From Candidatus Zixiibacteriota bacterium (GTDB lineage: Bacteria; Zixibacteria; MSB-5A5; UBA10806; 4484-95), in NCBI GenBank assembly GCA_029932605.1, contig JAOZPT010000002.1, forward strand, positions 35,739-99,738: 64,000 nucleotides of DNA, in the 5' to 3' direction. The position numbers were made by a program, and so were the translations under genes. Positions 1-10,413 of the stretch are shown here, in pieces (position 1 is the stretch's first letter; every line of letters begins with the position of its first letter). The notes beneath the pieces were generated by a model, which had not been told where the DNA came from, ran no database searches, and saw nothing but the letters and a program-made list of their open reading frames with translations.

Positions 1-239
1 GGAATTAACATAGAATAAAGAAAGGCGCGCTTGGTAGATTTCGTCTCAAACTCATAAATATCGCCGGTAAGGGGAATTTCCTCAGAGCCGCCAACCGATT
101 TTTCAGCGGCAAAGAAATTATTAGCCACCATTTCATTAGCTGAAAAATATCCTTCGATAGAAACAGGCTCTTTTAATTGACCGGTCCAACCTATGGACGA
201 AAGGGATATAATCAATATAGGCAACAGTATCCTGCGCAT
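1..239 (-). CDS. Partial CDS (N-terminal part, runs off the window edge). Hypothetical secreted protein with an N-terminal signal-peptide-like segment, MRRILLPILIISLSSIGW...
   Basis: Seen in sequence: the reverse complement of 1-239 is an open frame starting at an ATG (complement of 237-239). A GAGGAGG Shine-Dalgarno (complement of 244-250) sits 4 nt upstream. The N-terminus is hydrophobic and signal-like. This ORF is not in the supplied track because it is truncated by the window edge. Confidence 0.45.
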   Translation of the reverse strand, partial: MRRILLPILIISLSSIGWTGQLKEPVSIEGYFSANEMVANNFFAAEKSVGGSEEIPLTGDIYEFETKSTKRAFLYSMLI

Positions 240-249
240 AAAACCTCCT

Positions 250-3200
250 CTATTTAATCAAAGCTACTTTTACAATTACATTTTTCTTTATGTCCGGAGA
301 GCTGGCTTCCAGCCTGGCAAAATACACACCTGAAGCAAATTCCGAGCAATCCCAAGAGACTTCGTTTACTCCCCCTCGAGGAGACGAGCCTTTCAGTTCA
401 TCTACCAGTTCACCCGACATATCGAATATCTTAATATTCACCTCGGCTTGGCGATCGACATAATATCTAAAACAAGTCATATCAGTAGCGGGATTAGGAT
501 AATTGTAAACCTCGGCCTCAGGTAAAAAACCCTCAGCAATCGATATATCCTTATCAAAAGCAGGCGATAGATAACATCTATGGCCGATACCGCCACCAGC
601 CATGGGCCAGGGAAGGTTAATGCTGTCAGTTGAGGTTTCAAGATCCCAGACAGAGACGAATCCAGCGCTGTCCATTGCTGCCACCTCGATATCGCCATCA
701 GCGTCAATGTCACTTACTATCGGCGCCATCGTAATCCTTGTTGAGGTTGGCAGAGGAAACCCACCAAGCATATCGCCATGATAATTGTAACACGCCAACC
801 CGCCATCCGGAAGGCAAACAAGTATATCGGGGTTGTTGTCGGCATCAACATCCGCTATCACTGTTTCCACTTTTTGCATTGCCCAAGACCAACTTTGGGG
901 TAAACGAACAGGGAAACCATCAAATAATACCTCCAGATTATTATATACATACACACAGTCATTACCGCCGGTAAAAATTATCTCAGGATAGCCATCGGAA
1001 TTAATGTCAGCCAATGATGGTGGGCCCGGGCTTTCTATATTTATCGTTTTAATCGTCCCCCTCTGGCCATTATAAATACATAGATAATCGCCCACCGTAA
1101 CGACGGCATCATCGAAGCCATCACGGTCGATATCACCACAGACGATACCGATAACATGGCCATCCGGTAAGCTTATAGTATGTTGCTGGTCTGCATCGTT
1201 CTCACCGTGGTTACGAACATAAAGATTGAAATTATCGGAACTGCCATAAACAACAAAGGTCATTTCATCAGATATGGCAATATCTATGGGGATATCATCG
1301 AGATCATCAATAAGAGTAACGTCAATAGTATCTATATCTGAGATATCGATAAGGTGCAAAGAAGAATCATCGAACCCCACAATAAGCTCATCCTTATTGT
1401 CATTGTCGATATCATAAGCTACCGGACCAGCAGTGAGCGATGCTGACAACGTTTCAGATACCAATAAATCTGCCAAGGAATCAAGCGGTGTTCGATCGTA
1501 TCCCTCAAATATATATAACTTGTTCAAAATATCACAGCAGGCTACTTCCAAGGAATCATCACCATCAAAATCACCAGCTATAAGATTGCCTGTGATATTT
1601 GTATCTAATATGGCAAAAACCGGCAAGACATATATTAGCGAATCGCCATCGAAACCGGGAATTAAAAGGCCGGAGCTGGTGTCCATAACCGGTGAACCAT
1701 CGGGATTCACTGCTATTAGAAACTTTCCGACACCGGTTAATATTTCATTCTGGCCATCCGAATCGATATCCAAAACCAATAAGCCATCACAATTATCACC
1801 AAGATCGGGAAATCCCATTACCGGAAAACCATCCTGGTTCCAGCCGATTGAGATATCACAATACATAAGAGTGTCCGTTTCGGTAATACCGGTTATGGAT
1901 ATATGTGTATCAGCACCGAGATTGGAGCGAGTATCAGGATTAGTTGAGGGGGTAAAATCGGTATTATTGCCGATTTTGAAAAAATCGTCATCAGTGCCAT
2001 AACCGCTAAAATAGTTATAATCTCCCAAATCAACTATACCATCTGCCTCCACCACTGAAACGAAACGCCTGTTTGGGTCCCATTGAAGGGTATTTTGCAG
2101 GAAGTTATTACCACCTTCTCCAACATAATCCATATAAGCTACCGCTTCATCGACATGCCATATCAACACACCATCCCCGGGCAACAACCGGTCGTATTCG
2201 CCGGTCAGGACTTTATATAATTCGTTATTATCATAATAAGCCCAACCTGGGCCAAGGATAACACCCGTTGTCGAATCGGCTATAATTGCATTAGGTATAG
2301 ATGGATCATAATGAATATAATCGAAATCAGCATATCTCTGACGATTTTCTATAAGGAAATATTCCATTTCGGAAATCGGCACTTTCACAATTTCATCGTC
2401 GTGATAGTATTGTTCAGCGGCTGAAATAACGACATTCTGTCCATCAGCGATTTCCCTGACAGCAGAAAAGCCCAAATAAGCACGAGACCAGGCATCGGGA
2501 TAAACGGGTAAGACACCTGTTACAAACGGGCCATCGTCCTCGAAAATTATACTTACTGAAAGACCGTTGTTATCCATAAGAGAAAAATCCCCAACCGCAG
2601 TTTGAAAATTGTAGGTGTTATAGAGGTCAACAAGGCCAAGTTGATGCCCGAATTCATGAGCTAAAACAGCGTTTAACACACCAACCCGATTATCCTGGGA
2701 CACAGTCTCCGGAACGATTAAACCATCGGGTATATCCGTCCAGCCGGCACCATTTGAATCGACGCATACCGGTTCAGCCAACCTTATAAAACCTGTCCAG
2801 AGGTCAAATGGTGTGTCATTGATAAAGGCGATATTGTTCTGCTGGTCGCTACCGGCATGAAATAAAATTACCGATTGATAGTCAGAGAAGTTTATTTCAG
2901 GAGCTAATGTATCCGCTAATTTTACAGCATCTTTAAAAAAGCGTTCAAGTCTAACTACGATACTATCCATTCCCCATGAGGTCTCAGATCCATAATAAGA
3001 TATAGGATTAGGCAATCTAAAAGATAATGTTTCTTCCTGAGGATAAATATCCCATTCAAGGTTAAGTGTTTTATCAGAGACAAACCACCAGTAATTATGA
3101 AGAGCCTCCAGGTGTGATGAGAAATACGATGTGTTGTGAGGAGCCGGGTCAAAATCATGCCCTTCTTCCTCCACGAATTGGTCAAGTGAACGAAGGTCAA

Positions 3201-3531
3201 AGTTGCCGTTACCGGTGGTGGTTGGATCATCAGGGTCCTCTGTTTGGAATTCAATCTTTAAAGCAAGTATACGTATTGTATCAGCTTGGATTGCCAGAGT
3301 TATTGGTATGCCGTTTTTGCGTATAGCAGGACCAAACGGCGTTTCTCTCTCCAATCCCAGAAGGTTTCTTTGACAAATCATAGAGCGAAATTGAATTGTC
3401 CCGGGTGGAATATCATTTTGTTGATAGGTGATTATTTTACCGCCTGCCTGCCGAGGTGTTAAAAGCTTATATTCCCCAGATCCTGCTGGAATGACCAACG
3501 AAATCAACAATATTAAAACAAACCAAACCAC
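250..3531 (-). CDS. Secreted M6 (immune inhibitor A-like) zinc metallopeptidase with FG-GAP/VCBS-type repeats and a T9SS C-terminal sorting domain
   Basis: Seen in sequence: N-terminal signal peptide (MVWFVLILLISLVIPAGSG). HEFGHQLGLVDLY fits the HExxHxxGxxD zinc-binding signature of M6 peptidases. Multiple D-x-D-x-DG repeats are present (DIDSDGQNEIL, DIDRDGFDDAVV, DINSDGYPEIIF, DIDADGDIEV), typical of FG-GAP/VCBS. The last ~80 aa (YNYPNP...GVYFARL...VKV) match the type-A T9SS CTD (TIGR04183-like). Family assignments are from established knowledge. Confidence 0.75.
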   Translation of the reverse strand: MVWFVLILLISLVIPAGSGEYKLLTPRQAGGKIITYQQNDIPPGTIQFRSMICQRNLLGLERETPFGPAIRKNGIPITLAIQADTIRILALKIEFQTEDPDDPTTTGNGNFDLRSLDQFVEEEGHDFDPAPHNTSYFSSHLEALHNYWWFVSDKTLNLEWDIYPQEETLSFRLPNPISYYGSETSWGMDSIVVRLERFFKDAVKLADTLAPEINFSDYQSVILFHAGSDQQNNIAFINDTPFDLWTGFIRLAEPVCVDSNGAGWTDIPDGLIVPETVSQDNRVGVLNAVLAHEFGHQLGLVDLYNTYNFQTAVGDFSLMDNNGLSVSIIFEDDGPFVTGVLPVYPDAWSRAYLGFSAVREIADGQNVVISAAEQYYHDDEIVKVPISEMEYFLIENRQRYADFDYIHYDPSIPNAIIADSTTGVILGPGWAYYDNNELYKVLTGEYDRLLPGDGVLIWHVDEAVAYMDYVGEGGNNFLQNTLQWDPNRRFVSVVEADGIVDLGDYNYFSGYGTDDDFFKIGNNTDFTPSTNPDTRSNLGADTHISITGITETDTLMYCDISIGWNQDGFPVMGFPDLGDNCDGLLVLDIDSDGQNEILTGVGKFLIAVNPDGSPVMDTSSGLLIPGFDGDSLIYVLPVFAILDTNITGNLIAGDFDGDDSLEVACCDILNKLYIFEGYDRTPLDSLADLLVSETLSASLTAGPVAYDIDNDNKDELIVGFDDSSLHLIDISDIDTIDVTLIDDLDDIPIDIAISDEMTFVVYGSSDNFNLYVRNHGENDADQQHTISLPDGHVIGIVCGDIDRDGFDDAVVTVGDYLCIYNGQRGTIKTINIESPGPPSLADINSDGYPEIIFTGGNDCVYVYNNLEVLFDGFPVRLPQSWSWAMQKVETVIADVDADNNPDILVCLPDGGLACYNYHGDMLGGFPLPTSTRITMAPIVSDIDADGDIEVAAMDSAGFVSVWDLETSTDSINLPWPMAGGGIGHRCYLSPAFDKDISIAEGFLPEAEVYNYPNPATDMTCFRYYVDRQAEVNIKIFDMSGELVDELKGSSPRGGVNEVSWDCSEFASGVYFARLEASSPDIKKNVIVKVALIK

Positions 3532-3543
3532 TTAATTTCCTTT

Positions 3544-6129
3544 TTAAAAACCTACATTCATAGAAAAACGCATTGTGTTACCCATACGGTTGTATCGTTC
3601 ATCTGAGGCGGGAATATATGAAAAATCGAATCTATAGTTTGTCCACTGCAGCGATGCACCAAGGGTTAAATATCTCTGTTCCCCTATCTCATCATAAATG
3701 TACCCGGCGCGCAACGAAACATAGTTTGAATACCAGTATTCAGCGCCAATATGAGGTATAATCTCTTTGATTTCCGTTTCGATGTCATCGTTGAGGTCAA
3801 CTAATAGCTTATCAGCTTCCCCGATAAATGTAAGCTTGTTAAAAGGTGTATCAACAAGTTTGTAGGCGAAAGCTATTGCCAATTTAGTAGGCAACGGGTC
3901 GGCCTGGTCAGCGTCGATATAAGCGATATCGGGACCAATATTAGTTATAGTTGATGCAAATGTCATTTTCCTATTCATACTATATAAGATGCCACCATCC
4001 ACGGCAAAAGAAAAACCAACTCCCTTGCCTTTCTCCATGATAGCACCGACATCGGCAAGATGGGAATTTATATATCTTGCGGATAAGCCAGCAGACATAT
4101 TTTTTGCCAATTTCGTTCCATAAGATAGTGTAATGGCCAAATCGTAGGAGTTAAACTGGCCAATAACCGTGCCAACTTCATCAGTCCGATCCTGCCGACC
4201 ATACGACATAAAGGTTATGCCCAAGCCAAAAGTCCCCCATTCACTGCTGGGATAGACGATGGAGAAGAAATCATAGTAAAGGTCTTTTGCAAGTTGAACC
4301 AAATAATTCGAATGCATGAAAGTAATCTGTCTTACAGCATGAGCAAGAATATATACCTTGTCGTCCGTGGCAAACCACATCTCTCCCGATTCGGTTTTTA
4401 TCGTATGGGTCGGGGTTTTAGCAAGCTCTGGCTTGGAGAATCTGCTCCAGAGGCCATCGTTATATTCAACCACACCATAGGCGGTGCCTATATAGGCTTT
4501 CTTTGAAGAATGTACAGCTATGGAAAGAATCGGAGCACCAAGAGCATTGGCATAAACCATGACACTCCGCCCCTGGTCTATCATTTCCCCTTCCTCAAGA
4601 TTGTTGTATTCCCTGATTAGTCTGGCAAGATGTTGGACTTTTTCTGGGGAAATTCCGGGTAAAAACTCCTTGGCAATTTCCTCTGCAGAAATCATTTTTT
4701 CAGGTTTATATTCCTTATAGCCGAAGTGAAAGAATGTTTTACCGTTAAAAAAGATAACTCCCTTTTGGGTTCCTATCCAAACATTTTTATCTTTGGCTGC
4801 CAGTGAAAGAATTTTACCTTTAAAAGCCAATCTGAAGGGGAGTTTAATCTTCTGACCAACCGTTAAATCCCCTTGAATACCGTTAAAACTCATTATCTCG
4901 CTTTTAATACCCTCTAAATCAATTACAGCCATTGCCCGATAGAAAATATTTATGATGTTATCGATATCCTCGCCAACCGTGACCTCATGCTCAACATAGT
5001 TCCGCCACTCATGGCCATCATAGTAGAAAAGGTCATTTTCATAAGCTGCCCAGATGTTGCGATCATTGGTTGCTGCAATATTAGTAATGTAACCCGATGG
5101 AGGATTTTGCTTGGAAGAATATTTTTTGATCTTGACCCCGTTAAAGTAAACAACCCCTTTAGCGGTGCCAATAACAATGCTTTTCCTTCCTATCCGGCCC
5201 AAAGCCGTGATCTTTAAGGAAGGCAAACTATCCTCTAAACCATACGATTTCCATCTATTCCGCCTGGGATCAAAACGATAGAAACCGTTATCGGTACCGG
5301 TATACAACATACCGCCATGAGATTCCAAACAATTAATTTTTGAACCTAAGATCAAGTCGTAAGGTATCTCGATTTTATTTATTGACCTTTTCCTGATCGC
5401 CTGGTCAAAACCAAAAGCAATCTTGTCAAGCTCCAAATTTGTCATAAGGCTATCGGTTAACCCTTCACGTATTATCTTCTCAAGCGCATTAAAACCATCC
5501 CTATCTATCTTAAGATCATTCCAGGCGTTTCTAAGCTTATCAAAACCAAAAGATATTTCCTCTGAATACTGGTAATCATCGGGGATAAATGGTTGAAGTA
5601 TTTGTTGAAGAGTGTCTATTTTTTCGATCGGGATGTCGTTGTTCAATCTGGTAAGTTTGTCATAATAGTTTTTAATCTGCTCCTCTTCCAACCCTGTATA
5701 GCGAAGCAGTATATTTTTTATCGTTTTCCCTTCCTCTAACGTATGAGTAGTTCCCCTTTTCCATGACTCTCCATTCCATCGTGATATATGTCCATTAATG
5801 ATAGCCCAGACATCATACTGGCGGTAGTTAACCTCAGGAATATCGTTTTTAACGAGAGCGATATTCTCAATTTTTTCTCCCTTATCGGTGCGAATCTCAA
5901 TCCAGCTTGGTGATAAAGGATACCTGCCCAAACCAGCAGGATTCCAGTGGGTTGCTGTGGCATCATCCGAAATAGCGACAAACGTTTCCCCCATACCGCC
6001 GGCTCTGGCTCCGGGAGCAATAAGCAGAAACGGCACCGCGGTTTGAGAAACCTGGCCAAAGACACTTATAACTAATATTGCTATCATTATTGGTACCCAT
6101 GCCAGCACCTTTTTCATATTATCCTCCAA
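3544..6129 (-). CDS. PorV/PorQ-family T9SS outer-membrane beta-barrel with a large inserted beta-propeller (two-component-regulator-propeller-like repeats)
   Basis: Seen in sequence: signal peptide, then VPFLLIAPGARAGGMGETFVAISDDATATHWNPAGLG, which matches the N-terminal signature of PorV/PorQ (and UPF0164) barrels. The C-terminal ~330 aa alternate hydrophobic residues in a beta-strand pattern and end in -NVGF, as outer-membrane barrels do. Between these lies ~480 aa with repeated G-T-x-x-G-(V/F)-x-x-(F/Y)-(N/D)-G-x-x-W motifs (GTDNGFYRFDPRRNRWKSY, VWIGTQKGVIFFNGKTFF, AYIGTAYGVVEYNDGLWSRF) resembling Reg_prop repeats. This middle-domain assignment is an inference. Confidence 0.6.
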   Translation of the reverse strand: MEDNMKKVLAWVPIMIAILVISVFGQVSQTAVPFLLIAPGARAGGMGETFVAISDDATATHWNPAGLGRYPLSPSWIEIRTDKGEKIENIALVKNDIPEVNYRQYDVWAIINGHISRWNGESWKRGTTHTLEEGKTIKNILLRYTGLEEEQIKNYYDKLTRLNNDIPIEKIDTLQQILQPFIPDDYQYSEEISFGFDKLRNAWNDLKIDRDGFNALEKIIREGLTDSLMTNLELDKIAFGFDQAIRKRSINKIEIPYDLILGSKINCLESHGGMLYTGTDNGFYRFDPRRNRWKSYGLEDSLPSLKITALGRIGRKSIVIGTAKGVVYFNGVKIKKYSSKQNPPSGYITNIAATNDRNIWAAYENDLFYYDGHEWRNYVEHEVTVGEDIDNIINIFYRAMAVIDLEGIKSEIMSFNGIQGDLTVGQKIKLPFRLAFKGKILSLAAKDKNVWIGTQKGVIFFNGKTFFHFGYKEYKPEKMISAEEIAKEFLPGISPEKVQHLARLIREYNNLEEGEMIDQGRSVMVYANALGAPILSIAVHSSKKAYIGTAYGVVEYNDGLWSRFSKPELAKTPTHTIKTESGEMWFATDDKVYILAHAVRQITFMHSNYLVQLAKDLYYDFFSIVYPSSEWGTFGLGITFMSYGRQDRTDEVGTVIGQFNSYDLAITLSYGTKLAKNMSAGLSARYINSHLADVGAIMEKGKGVGFSFAVDGGILYSMNRKMTFASTITNIGPDIAYIDADQADPLPTKLAIAFAYKLVDTPFNKLTFIGEADKLLVDLNDDIETEIKEIIPHIGAEYWYSNYVSLRAGYIYDEIGEQRYLTLGASLQWTNYRFDFSYIPASDERYNRMGNTMRFSMNVGF

Positions 6130-6261
6130 AGCTAATTAACCACTTCATTAATTTATCGTCAACAAAATGCTCGTTAAAAGCTTAAAACCTGTATCTTCTT
6201 TTTACAACCTTGCTCAAGCCAATATTGTCAATTTAATATTTTAAATCAACCCTTTTAACCA

Positions 6262-9200
6262 CTAACGCAAAATCACTAATTTCGACTGAAAACTCGACTT
6301 CCTGCGAACGCCATCAACACCTGTACCGATTGCCTCAATTTTATAGATATAAACTCCGCTGGCAAGTTTATCACCATCATCATCCCTAAGATAGTAAGGA
6401 ACATATTTGTATCCCCCGGTGGTGTATGTCGTTCCGGTCAAATCGAAACTTTTAACTTTCCTTCCCGATAAGGAAAATATCTTAAGCGATACTTTTTCGG
6501 CGGAACCGGTCAGCATATATTGAAAAACGGTCGAGTCAGCTCTGACAACAGGGTTGGGATAGTTCATCACTCTCTGTATAGAGAAATACTCATCCTGGTA
6601 TACCCGGATAACTGCTGTAAACAGGGAGGAGTTATTGTAATTGTCCCAGGCTTTTAATGAAATTTGATGTTCGCCCTCAGGGATATCCGATATCTCAAAA
6701 GTTGCCGAGCCCTGTTGCCAATCCCCCTTATCGAATATGAAATTATTTGTGATATCCTCTGAATAAATATCACCATCATCCAATTTCACCACAATTCCAT
6801 GCCCCATTGAACCGGTCATATTGATACCATGGAGGTCAAATAAACGGGTTTCAAACACGGCATTAGCAGAGACAGCGGTTAGACCACTGTTCAACATCTT
6901 ACCGTTATATAAAATCTCTATGGTTGGACCGATAGAATCGGCCTCGGCAGAAATCCCGCCAGCGATTGATATCGAATCTACAACCCCCGAACCATCTACA
7001 AAACCGTTCTCGAAATAAACATAAATTCTGGCTCTGCTTCCGCCATAGGTGATATCCTTGGGTATAAAAAACGATGTCGAGAACTGGCCATTGCTGACCT
7101 CGGCTGGACCGTTGAAAATAGTTGGCCCGGGAAGAATGTAATCAACATATATCGGCGGATATAAGGGAACACCGGCGTAATTAGTCAAGGCTTTATGCCT
7201 GTTAATTAAAGCATCTTTGACAAGCACCCAGACAGTGCCGTTGAAATCTGACATAAACAAACTATCCTGATAGATCTCGCCGGATATAGAATCAATTGTT
7301 AAACCCCTTAAGGAATCCGGCCTGTAGGTAAAATGCGCTTCAAGCGAGGGTTTTCCAGCAATCAATGCCGGATCGCTAAAAATTACATATCCCCTATCGT
7401 TGTCAATACTGCCTCTGAGAAACTTTGCTATATAAAGTGCCCCACCAAAAGATGTTGAATCACCGAACAACAGTTGATCAAATATCTCCCTATTTAAAGC
7501 GGAGTTTTGTCCAGCATTGACCGGCCTTGTGGCTCCGATAGAGGCGATAGCCCCGCCGTTGGGGTAACGAATAAAATCCTCGGACATCCCCTGTTCATTG
7601 GGGTCATCGAAAAACCCGACCGAACATGAAGCGGCTAATATCATAGGCAGTTTATCATGATTGTGAAGGAGTGGTATATCTTCAATCCTTCTAAATAAAA
7701 TCTCATGAGCCCACAATCCTTTGTTGCCATGACCGATCCAGTTGACTATCAGTCCACCATTATTAATAGCACTAATAAGAGCCTCTCTGGCATCAGGTTT
7801 TGTCCTGCCGGCGCGAATTGGATACTCCAGCATATAAATTTTTTGCACCTCGATATTTTTGGGCACATGTAATTCAGCTAAAGCTTCGGCTTGATTTGTA
7901 TGGAACGCCTCTCTCATACCATCACCAAAATTGTCATCAGCGGCGATGATGATGTTATTGCGCCACTTTCCTATAGTCGGATTGGATTCATAGTTGATAA
8001 TTTTCTCGACAACAATATCCATCTGGTCAGTACTGTTCACCGGTATGCGACCAATTATCATATCTATACTGCCGGAATCATCATAGTCCAAATCACCAAA
8101 CTGACCAAAATAGATATAATTATCATCGGAAGCTGAGGCTGTTGTACTGTTGGGTTTGGGGGCTTCAAACGGTGGTATGAACATTCCCCCGCTTGAGCCA
8201 AGATTGTTTCGGTAATCGAAATGCCCATCACCTACCAGCATTACATACCCCGGTGGTGCACCGCTCCAGTTTTCATAGGCGTATTTCAAGAAATCTCTTA
8301 TGGCCATCGGATCAAACAAACCCCAGCTAAACTGATTATATATATCTTCAATATCCACCACCATAGCGGTTATACCAGGAGAAACACTTTCCCTATGAGC
8401 AGCCAGCTCCAGCGACTGCTGATAGAATTGCCCATGGGTGATGATTATGTAATCAGCCCTGTTCGAGGCCGATTTCAGATCAACAGGTTCATAAAGGTCA
8501 AAACTGCTGACCGTCTTATAACGTGATGAATTAGCAAGATAATACAAACGCCTCAAGTAGTTATAATGTTGAAATCTCAATTCAGAACCAGATAATTCAG
8601 CATTGACAATCAGGCAGACACTGTCAGGATATGAGATATCAAGAAGTATGTAATCCGAAGGAACATTGGTTAACCTGTATTCTATCAAACCCGGAGAATC
8701 AGGGCTTGAAAACATAAGTTTATTGTCTAATACATACAGTAAACGGTTGTAGTGAACATCGATATAATCAAGGTAAAATTTGGCAGTATCAGTAACCGAT
8801 ATTATATTAAAACCACTCCTAAAATTTGTAGAATTATAAAGAAAGATACCATTGTAACTCGATATCAATCCAGCCTCGACATTATTTACCAAAAGATTTT
8901 TCATTCCTCCACTTGCTTTAACTACAACCAGCGCTTCACTGCCAGTCACAACATCGAACAGTTGAACATTCGATGTGAAAGTCGTATCCCAACCCCAGTA
9001 CCATTCGAAATAATTATAGTAATCAGTGCTTGTACCCTTTTGATAAAATTTAACTTCCCTTTCTTCATGTATAAAGTCGTCAAAACTTGTCACAGCATAA
9101 TCGTACGGTTCCTGAGGCGAACCATCAACTTCAGCCCATCTTTTAGGAGAAGAGGCAAAAGAACCGTTATATGTTAACCAGTAGACGTTCTTCGAGGTAT

Positions 9201-10233
9201 AATGGTTATGCCGAAAAACAAACCTACTATCATCAGGGCTGTATTCGAACCTGTCGGTAGCTTCGGCATAAAACAGTATCTGGTCTCCACCGTCAAATTC
9301 GCCATCATCCTCCCCTATTACATGAATTGGTATCTCGTACAGTTGGGGTCTTGGTTCATCGTTGTCAAACGGTAACTCGGCTCCCCCCCCGTAAAATATT
9401 CTTATCTGTCGGGGGTCAACCTCATCGATCTCAACTCCAGCAGTTGAGAGTTCATAACGACCGATTTTATAAACTCCAGCATCGGTCACCTCAAGTTTTA
9501 CCCAAACCAACGATGAATCGAAAACAGATTGACTTATCTGGGTTTTTGAGGGAATCGGTGGCCAATAGATACGCCAGTTTTTAGCTATATCATAATTGGC
9601 TATTATCCGAGGAAGAATGTTTTCGAATACCTGACCAACTGGCCGCGGAGGATAATAACCACCTTTTTTCGCGCTGTTAAAATCAACCCTTACCGTTATG
9701 GTTTCACCTTTATATAACATTCCATTTTCTATCTTAGCTGCCGCTATTCCGATTTTTATGACTCTTAAACCGCGTAACATCTCTTCTCCGAAGATAAAGG
9801 CGGTATGTAAAGGCCAGTTTTTCTCAGATGTGATCCGGTTAGAGGCCCTGGATGAATAATCCTGCGAAGGTAATTCAACATCAAAATTGGGAACATCCGA
9901 TTTTCCAATGTTATTGTAATGTTGGCTTAAGACTGTTACTGTTGGCTTAGAATCATAGGGAACACCTATCGGAATAAACTTTAAAGGCAAAAGAGGTTGA
10001 CCCTGACAACGATTTTGTGCAGTCCGGGATATCTGTGGATATTTGAAATTTTCAGGATAACCGTTAATACTGGTCAGAACGACATCGGGAACAAAATATG
10101 TAAACGTAATTCCATTTTCATCAGAAACCAATATCTTTACGTCACTATCAAATATCTTTTCAGCTTGAGCAAAATTAAAGAATACAATTAATAAAAAAGT
10201 GGTAATTATCGCATTTAAGGCGAGCCTCATCAA
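6262..10233 (-). CDS. Gingipain-like C25 cysteine peptidase with a T9SS C-terminal sorting domain
   Basis: Seen in sequence: signal peptide (MMRLALNAIITTFLLIVFFNFAQA). A catalytic His context (NWIGHGNKGLWAHE) and a catalytic Cys context (ILAASCSVGFFDD) typical of peptidase family C25. A C-terminal NYPNPV...KIFSLSGRKV...GVYIYKIEA block matches the T9SS CTD. At 1323 aa, the size fits a propeptide plus catalytic domain plus Ig-like domains plus CTD. Confidence 0.8.
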   Translation of the reverse strand: MMRLALNAIITTFLLIVFFNFAQAEKIFDSDVKILVSDENGITFTYFVPDVVLTSINGYPENFKYPQISRTAQNRCQGQPLLPLKFIPIGVPYDSKPTVTVLSQHYNNIGKSDVPNFDVELPSQDYSSRASNRITSEKNWPLHTAFIFGEEMLRGLRVIKIGIAAAKIENGMLYKGETITVRVDFNSAKKGGYYPPRPVGQVFENILPRIIANYDIAKNWRIYWPPIPSKTQISQSVFDSSLVWVKLEVTDAGVYKIGRYELSTAGVEIDEVDPRQIRIFYGGGAELPFDNDEPRPQLYEIPIHVIGEDDGEFDGGDQILFYAEATDRFEYSPDDSRFVFRHNHYTSKNVYWLTYNGSFASSPKRWAEVDGSPQEPYDYAVTSFDDFIHEEREVKFYQKGTSTDYYNYFEWYWGWDTTFTSNVQLFDVVTGSEALVVVKASGGMKNLLVNNVEAGLISSYNGIFLYNSTNFRSGFNIISVTDTAKFYLDYIDVHYNRLLYVLDNKLMFSSPDSPGLIEYRLTNVPSDYILLDISYPDSVCLIVNAELSGSELRFQHYNYLRRLYYLANSSRYKTVSSFDLYEPVDLKSASNRADYIIITHGQFYQQSLELAAHRESVSPGITAMVVDIEDIYNQFSWGLFDPMAIRDFLKYAYENWSGAPPGYVMLVGDGHFDYRNNLGSSGGMFIPPFEAPKPNSTTASASDDNYIYFGQFGDLDYDDSGSIDMIIGRIPVNSTDQMDIVVEKIINYESNPTIGKWRNNIIIAADDNFGDGMREAFHTNQAEALAELHVPKNIEVQKIYMLEYPIRAGRTKPDAREALISAINNGGLIVNWIGHGNKGLWAHEILFRRIEDIPLLHNHDKLPMILAASCSVGFFDDPNEQGMSEDFIRYPNGGAIASIGATRPVNAGQNSALNREIFDQLLFGDSTSFGGALYIAKFLRGSIDNDRGYVIFSDPALIAGKPSLEAHFTYRPDSLRGLTIDSISGEIYQDSLFMSDFNGTVWVLVKDALINRHKALTNYAGVPLYPPIYVDYILPGPTIFNGPAEVSNGQFSTSFFIPKDITYGGSRARIYVYFENGFVDGSGVVDSISIAGGISAEADSIGPTIEILYNGKMLNSGLTAVSANAVFETRLFDLHGINMTGSMGHGIVVKLDDGDIYSEDITNNFIFDKGDWQQGSATFEISDIPEGEHQISLKAWDNYNNSSLFTAVIRVYQDEYFSIQRVMNYPNPVVRADSTVFQYMLTGSAEKVSLKIFSLSGRKVKSFDLTGTTYTTGGYKYVPYYLRDDDGDKLASGVYIYKIEAIGTGVDGVRRKSSFQSKLVILR

Positions 10234-10413
10234 CTCCTCCTGTTCAGCCCGGAAATAACCGTATAAACCCGGACAATTTTATCTGGCCCAAAGGGCACTC
10301 CTCCTCAATTATTAATTCGGCACATCTGCCATAAACCCTTTAGCCAGTTGCGATAAAAAACCTTCCTTTTAATGAATAATAAATGGTTTAAATTTAAAGT
10401 CAAGTTTTTTTGC

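Noticed and set aside
738-9584. Numerous 60-190-aa ORFs nested inside or antisense to the three large T9SS-cluster genes (for example 1433-2002 plus, 8752-9177 plus)
   Set aside because: They sit entirely within long, well-supported protease and barrel genes on the opposite strand and have no signals. They are typical antisense artefacts.
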